Source of the DNA: an uncultured Bacillota bacterium
Lineage (GTDB): Bacteria > Bacillota_I > Bacilli_A > Culicoidibacterales > ZOR0006
Length of the DNA stretch: 64,000 bases
NCBI GenBank assembly: GCA_945956935.1
Contig: CAMFJD010000005.1
Location: 23,630 to 87,629 of the forward strand
Reading direction: 5' to 3'
The position numbers and the translations under genes were made by a program. How positions within the stretch are numbered: position 1 is the stretch's first letter; every line of letters starts with the position of its first letter. The notes beneath the pieces were generated by a model that saw nothing but the letters and a program-made list of their open reading frames with translations, ran no database searches and had not been told where the DNA came from. Shown piece after piece: positions 58,522 through 64,000 of the stretch.

Positions 58522-61500
58522 ATGAGAAAAAGGAATTTTGTTAGTTCTGTAGTCGCTACAGCTTTATTTGTGACGAGTATACCAGTTCATGCAATTGAAA
58601 CGATAGAACAACAACCAGATATAGATATTGATACAATCGAACAAAGTCTTGAACAGAATGAACAACACACGGTAGAAGGAACAATCGAACTAGAGTTGTA
58701 TGTAGATGCGTCAATTATTGATGAATCAAAGATTATAATTACACTATTACCTGAATTTGGAGAAGCACAGATAACAACGCTTAATGAATCAACAGACAGG
58801 ATTCAAATTAAACGTTTAAATCACATGCGTCAGCCTATTGCTAAAGAGGAAAAAGCTTCATTTTATCATATTACATTTAGTAATTTGTCACTTGGAAATT
58901 ACACTGTATCACTGGATGCATTGGGATATATTCCATTTGAGCAAAAAGTAGCAGTGGAAACAACATCACAACGACTTGTTGTTGGTAGTCACACAACAAC
59001 TGTTGGAGAAGTGAATATTCCAGGTGTTTTTTTATCAGGCGATGTCAATGCGGATAGAACGATTAGTCAAGAGGATTATGACTTGACTCTTCAACATATG
59101 AATAGCGTGGTGAACGAAGAAACACAGCAATTTGATTTAAATAAAGATGGACAAATTGATGTTGCTGATTTAGTTATTATTCATTCAAATTTAAATGCAG
59201 AAGTACAAACAGTAGTAAGCGAAGCAACAAATCCAATTATTGATCCTAGTAACGTAAGTGCGGAAGCTATATCAGGAACATTGATAGGAAATATTCAAGA
59301 TTTATTTACATCAACACAACAAACAGTAACGGTAAGCAGTGAAAGTGAAATTTCTACTGAAAATCCAGTTGAGATTCTAATGAATCTAGCTACGCATCAA
59401 ACAACATATAATACAGATAGTTTACACGCTGAAAAAATTATCTTAACTGCTCCAACACAGAGTGCACCGACTCAAGGTGTGCTGACAATTAATGGCGAAC
59501 CGTATCCATTTACTACGGATGAAGTGCAAACGATTACAGATACAAACCAAGATATAATTACGATTGATCTAGGTAAACAAGTAGCACTTAGTGAGATTAC
59601 AATTACGATAACTGGCTCAAAGGGTAATAAAAATTTGGCAGAAATTGCGAAAATTGAACTGCTAAACAATGTATATCAAGAAATTCCAGCACCTGAAATG
59701 AATATCCCAGTTATCACAAATATTGAAAGTAGTATTGATGTATATGGAGGTATTTTAGATGTCACATGGGATGCAGTATCGAATATTACTGGCTATGAAT
59801 TGAAACTCCAAGAAGTAGATAATAATGGAAATGTTAAGTCAACAAAAGTGTATCAAACAAAAGAAACGCATTTACGACTTGAAAAATTAAATTCATATGC
59901 AACTTATCGTTTAACAATGCAATCTTTAAATCGTGAATGGAAAAGTGGTGAAAAAGAGCCAACACTCGAAGATATTGATGGACTTCCAGAAAATGTAACA
60001 TCAGAATTGACACCAATTCCATGGGAAGCTGATAGTATTGTTGAGTTTCAAATTATTCCTAGTACAGCTCCAGATCGTCCAGAAGGAATTAGTGTCACCG
60101 GTGAAATGAAGGGCTTGACTGTTTCATGGAAACAAAATAAGAAAGCGTTAGAACAACGAGTCGAATATCGTAAAATTGGCACAGAGGAATGGACAGTAGC
60201 GAGTGAGGAGTGGGTTGGAGGAACAAATTTCCGTATCAATGATTTAGAAGAAGCAGCAACATATGAAATTCGCATGCAAGCAAAAAATCATTTAGGTGTA
60301 AGCGACTATTCTGTCATGTATATTGGAACAACAAAAACAGTCCAAATACCAACTATTCCAACCTATGGTTTAATTAATCATTCGCTTGGTCAAGGATCGT
60401 TATCAGCAGGAATTGAAAGTGTACGATACCATAGTAGTGCAATCGTTTCAACTCCTGAAGCAGTTGTTGATAATGAAGGATTGACATATTTTCAAGTGAA
60501 TGATTGGGATACGGGAATTTATAGTAATCGGGGGCCAATTGTAACATTTAAAGAAACTCAAACAATTGACACAATTTCATTGGTTAAGCGTTTGGATACG
60601 AATAGTTCAACACCATATACGGTCGAAGTTCGTTATCTAGATGAGGGAGATGGCACTTGGAAAGATTTAGGAACGACACTCGAGTCGAAAAATGGGTACA
60701 TTTTTATTAAATTACCACACGCAATTCAAACAAAAGAAATTCAAATTAATCCTTCAGTGTATGGATCAGGTTATGTGACAATTTCAGAATTACGGTTTTA
60801 TGAACATGGAACGTTGGAACAAGAAATTAATGATTTATTTACAGATGCATTACAATTAGAATTACGTGAAAATGTAACATTATCCGAAATTGAGGCGTTG
60901 GAAATTCGAGTGAATACACTAGATCCAATTAATTTGGAGTATCATCCAAATCGAACAGTATTACTTGAAGAATTACAACGAGCAAAAGATCTGTATCAAG
61001 ATGTATTGTTATCAGATGAAATTATTACGATTGACACAAGTATTCAATCGGGAAGTACAGCGCTAAGTATCTCGAATAAATGGCAGTCGCTTGGGTATAC
61101 AGTTAGATCTGGTGATGAAATTACAGTATATGTTGGAACATCAGATGCGGGTCGTAAAGTAGAATTGGCTGTGAGGCAGCCATTCGCCGAGAGTGGAAAA
61201 TATCAATCGACAACAGTGACGCTACAACCTGGTAAAAATACTATTACTATTCCGAATATTCATAGTCTAGATGCTGAAAATGGTGGTACGCTGTATGTAC
61301 GTACAACATGGGATAATGAAAAATCACAGCCAACATATAAAATCCGAGTGAGCGGTGCAACAAAAGTACCAATGCTAAATGTCAATAATGTTATTGGCGA
61401 TGAAACAGAGATGAAAAATCGGATTCGGACATACATTCGTGAATTGAAAACTTTTGTACCAAATTTACCTAATTTATATACAGATCAAAAAGATCCAGCT

Positions 61501-63849
61501 AATAATATTTATCCATATGATGAAGCCACATCAGTAATGAATAGTACTGATATTGAAGGAGATCGATTCACATTAACTATCCCAACGACACAAGTATTAA
61601 AGGGAATTACGGATGGATTAAGCAGTGAAGATGACCAAGTAGAACGTCTATATAACACTATTTTGGCATGGGAACAATTCGTGATGATGACATATGCGAA
61701 AAAAGGTGTATATGAAACTGCACTTGATCTCAACAGTGATGGTACGATTGATACAGAAGAGGCTAATTTCTTTAAGCAAAACCGTGCTCCTAGAACGCGA
61801 ATTAATATTAAATATCAACGTATGTTTGCTGGTGCAGCAGGGTATGCATCGAGTGATCACATTGGAATTCAATTTGGACTTGTGCCTTCATTAATGCAAG
61901 GTATACCTTACCAAATTGATGAAAATGGAAGCGTTCTAAACGCAGATGAAGCAAAATTTTTCGGTTGGCTTATTGCACATGAAATGGGACATGTTGTTGA
62001 TATCAGTAAACGTACATATAGTGAAGTTTCAAATAACATCTTATCATTGATTAGTCAAACATTTGATGATCAAGATGAGTCACGTTTAGAATCTTCTGGG
62101 ATGTATGCGAAAATTTATGATAAGGTAACATCTGGTTCAGTAGGTATTTCATCAGATGTGTTTGTAACGCTAGGAATGTTTTGGCAATTACAACTAGCTT
62201 ATGAAAATCAGTCGACAGCAGCAATATTACAAACGAGTTTTGATGATGATTTAAGTAATGATTCGTACTATACAAAAATGAATCAATTGTATCGTTCATT
62301 ATCATCAGAAATGCAAAAATTAGATAAAGATCAATTATTAATTAGAGTTGCTTCAGACGCAGCTCAAAGAGATTTACGAGGATTCTTCCAAGCGTGGGGT
62401 ATTCAAGCTGATAGCGATACAGCTATTTATTTGACACAAAAAGGCTACCAACAAGAAACTCGTCCAATTCAATATTTGAATGATCAGGCACGTCGAATGC
62501 GTTTGGCAAATGAAGGTGTCATGGCTGAAGGAACAACAACAAAAGCTACGTTTTTAGATGGAATAACTGATGGTGATCGTGTGAGTGCGAATACGGTGCC
62601 ATTATCATTAACAACGTCGCAAAGTCAGGAATCAATTTTAGGATATGAAATTATTGTTAATGGAGAAGTTGCAGGTTTTGTTGAAAGCACGGGAGATGTC
62701 ACGACATATCATTTTAATCCAAGTCCGCTAAATAATCGCGTATTTAGTATTGATGTTCGTGCATATGATTACCATTTGAATGCAGCTGAAGTAGCACATG
62801 TGGGAACAATAAAAATAGCACATGATGGACGTATTTCTAAGACATCTTGGAGTGTTTCATCAAATGAAACAGTTGCAGAGCATTCAAATAGTGATATGAA
62901 TACAAGTATTCAAACAGCTATTGATAATGATTCAACAACAGCACACACTGTGCAAAAAACATCTGGTGATCCATATATCATAATTGATATGAATAAAAAT
63001 GCACCGCTTGTTGGTTTCCGTTATACGGCACCAGTAAGTGAAAATGCAAATGTATTGACCAAATTATTTGCCAGTCAAAAAATTGCCTCAGATGCTTTAA
63101 GTAATTATGTGATTCAAGTAAGTACAGATGGGCAGGAATGGACGCAAGTAAGTAGTGGGAGAATGAATGTAACTTCACAGAATCCAACACAAACAATTTA
63201 TTTTGAAAAACCAGGAACATCCGGTGGAAATCAGTATTGGATGCAAAATGCACAGTATGTCAAAATTATTGCGAAAGGTGCTACGAGCTTTAGTGTGGCA
63301 GAATTAGATTTGCTATCACCGACAGGTGATAATATTGAAATTGGCATTGAGCAAGCTGATGGTCAATTTACAAATGGAGTCGGAACATTAAAAACAGCGT
63401 TTGAATATGCACCGGGCAAATCAATTCCAGCAGGATCTTTGATTGTTACTGGATCATACCGTGGCTATCCAATTTATAATGTACCACTTGTTCTCGATGA
63501 AAATAATGATAATATTGCATACAATGCAAAAGCAATTGTACTGGCTGAGTTACCTGAAGGTACAGTACCTACAGAAGTAGCGAACGGAAGTTGGATTTAT
63601 TGGATTGAGCCACAGCATTTAGCAGAGTTTACAGCAACGAGTATTGTGGCGGAATTGTATCGTATTAATGATATTGCGACTTTAGATGGTCAACGCCTTG
63701 TTTCAGATACATTTACAATAGATGTTCCTGAAGTATTGCCTGAGATTGAATTTACACAATCAATGCTTAGAATGGTGAATCATGTTCAAGAATTTAGTAC
63801 AACAGACTTAGAGAATGTAAAGGAGCAAGCAAATGAAAAGACTGAATAA
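58522..63849 (+). CDS. Secreted multidomain M60-like (enhancin/mucinase-type) zinc metalloprotease with dockerin-like, FN3 and CBM32/discoidin-like domains
   Basis: Signal peptide ending VHA; paired Ca loops GDVNADRTISQED (59038-) and DLNKDGQIDVAD (59134-); FN3 patterns LDVTWDAV and LTVSWK..YEIRMQAKN; HEMGH-x10-E at 61978-62025; no LPxTG, SLH or TM at the C-terminus. Confidence 0.85.
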   Translation: MRKRNFVSSVVATALFVTSIPVHAIETIEQQPDIDIDTIEQSLEQNEQHTVEGTIELELYVDASIIDESKIIITLLPEFGEAQITTLNESTDRIQIKRLNHMRQPIAKEEKASFYHITFSNLSLGNYTVSLDALGYIPFEQKVAVETTSQRLVVGSHTTTVGEVNIPGVFLSGDVNADRTISQEDYDLTLQHMNSVVNEETQQFDLNKDGQIDVADLVIIHSNLNAEVQTVVSEATNPIIDPSNVSAEAISGTLIGNIQDLFTSTQQTVTVSSESEISTENPVEILMNLATHQTTYNTDSLHAEKIILTAPTQSAPTQGVLTINGEPYPFTTDEVQTITDTNQDIITIDLGKQVALSEITITITGSKGNKNLAEIAKIELLNNVYQEIPAPEMNIPVITNIESSIDVYGGILDVTWDAVSNITGYELKLQEVDNNGNVKSTKVYQTKETHLRLEKLNSYATYRLTMQSLNREWKSGEKEPTLEDIDGLPENVTSELTPIPWEADSIVEFQIIPSTAPDRPEGISVTGEMKGLTVSWKQNKKALEQRVEYRKIGTEEWTVASEEWVGGTNFRINDLEEAATYEIRMQAKNHLGVSDYSVMYIGTTKTVQIPTIPTYGLINHSLGQGSLSAGIESVRYHSSAIVSTPEAVVDNEGLTYFQVNDWDTGIYSNRGPIVTFKETQTIDTISLVKRLDTNSSTPYTVEVRYLDEGDGTWKDLGTTLESKNGYIFIKLPHAIQTKEIQINPSVYGSGYVTISELRFYEHGTLEQEINDLFTDALQLELRENVTLSEIEALEIRVNTLDPINLEYHPNRTVLLEELQRAKDLYQDVLLSDEIITIDTSIQSGSTALSISNKWQSLGYTVRSGDEITVYVGTSDAGRKVELAVRQPFAESGKYQSTTVTLQPGKNTITIPNIHSLDAENGGTLYVRTTWDNEKSQPTYKIRVSGATKVPMLNVNNVIGDETEMKNRIRTYIRELKTFVPNLPNLYTDQKDPANNIYPYDEATSVMNSTDIEGDRFTLTIPTTQVLKGITDGLSSEDDQVERLYNTILAWEQFVMMTYAKKGVYETALDLNSDGTIDTEEANFFKQNRAPRTRINIKYQRMFAGAAGYASSDHIGIQFGLVPSLMQGIPYQIDENGSVLNADEAKFFGWLIAHEMGHVVDISKRTYSEVSNNILSLISQTFDDQDESRLESSGMYAKIYDKVTSGSVGISSDVFVTLGMFWQLQLAYENQSTAAILQTSFDDDLSNDSYYTKMNQLYRSLSSEMQKLDKDQLLIRVASDAAQRDLRGFFQAWGIQADSDTAIYLTQKGYQQETRPIQYLNDQARRMRLANEGVMAEGTTTKATFLDGITDGDRVSANTVPLSLTTSQSQESILGYEIIVNGEVAGFVESTGDVTTYHFNPSPLNNRVFSIDVRAYDYHLNAAEVAHVGTIKIAHDGRISKTSWSVSSNETVAEHSNSDMNTSIQTAIDNDSTTAHTVQKTSGDPYIIIDMNKNAPLVGFRYTAPVSENANVLTKLFASQKIASDALSNYVIQVSTDGQEWTQVSSGRMNVTSQNPTQTIYFEKPGTSGGNQYWMQNAQYVKIIAKGATSFSVAELDLLSPTGDNIEIGIEQADGQFTNGVGTLKTAFEYAPGKSIPAGSLIVTGSYRGYPIYNVPLVLDENNDNIAYNAKAIVLAELPEGTVPTEVANGSWIYWIEPQHLAEFTATSIVAELYRINDIATLDGQRLVSDTFTIDVPEVLPEIEFTQSMLRMVNHVQEFSTTDLENVKEQANEKTE

Positions 63850-64000
63850 AAAGGTTGTTAAGCTTCCGCTTGCTGTTGCTGCGAGTATTGGGATCGCTAC
63901 GCCATTTATCGCTCATACACAAGATACAAATACACTGATAACTGATAAAGTATTGGTGTTAGAACAAACAAGCGCACATGATTTTCATGTTTCGCTAGAT
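63833..64000 (+). CDS. Secreted protein, 3'-truncated by window edge
   Basis: SD AAGGAG; MKRLNKKVVKLPLAVAASIGIATPFIAHTQ...VLVLEQTSAHDFHVSLD open to the window end; overlaps the upstream gene by 17 nt; absent from the ORF track. Confidence 0.75.
   Translation, partial: MKRLNKKVVKLPLAVAASIGIATPFIAHTQDTNTLITDKVLVLEQTSAHDFHVSLD

Overview
Chromosomal segment of a low-GC Firmicute (Bacilli/Erysipelotrichia-like, standard genetic code), with almost all genes on the + strand. No transposase, integrase, prophage, rRNA or CRISPR array is visible. Layout: (1) 1-7763: two DUF975-like membrane paralogs around an unknown membrane protein, an MFS permease, ybeY, cdd, a metallophosphoesterase, and a VOC/HxlR/aldo-keto reductase detox trio whose promoters share a motif. 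(2) 7764-8811: a 1-kb ORF-free gap holding an apparent minus-strand transcription unit (promoter, strong SD, hairpins, strand-specific terminator). (3) 8812-17965: scpAB, uvrC, rdgB, a TudS-related protein, an RDD protein, serine dehydratase, dCMP deaminase, yqeG, nnrD and ferritin. (4) 18183-39830: a ~21.6-kb beta-mannan/galactoglucomannan locus. It combines an ABC + GH113 + GH36 + two SGNH esterase module with a Bacillus gmu-like GH1/ROK/EIIC/ManA/GntR module, and is split by an AT-richer LytTR/GHKL + GGDEF/EAL signalling block. (5) 40002-57959: core genes tRNA-Arg(UCU), tig, clpX, lon, engB, T-box-valS, folC, radC, DUF523, mreCD, L21 leader-rplU-prp-rpmA and obgE; mreB, minCD and spo0B are missing from their usual positions. 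(6) 58522-64000: a 1775-aa secreted dockerin/FN3/M60-like metalloprotease overlapping the start of a second secreted protein. Best leads: the dockerin-M60 protease with its possible cohesin partner, the hybrid phosphorylase-free mannan pathway, the orphan RNA, and the embedded c-di-GMP cassette. All family assignments come from motifs read by eye; no database searches were run.
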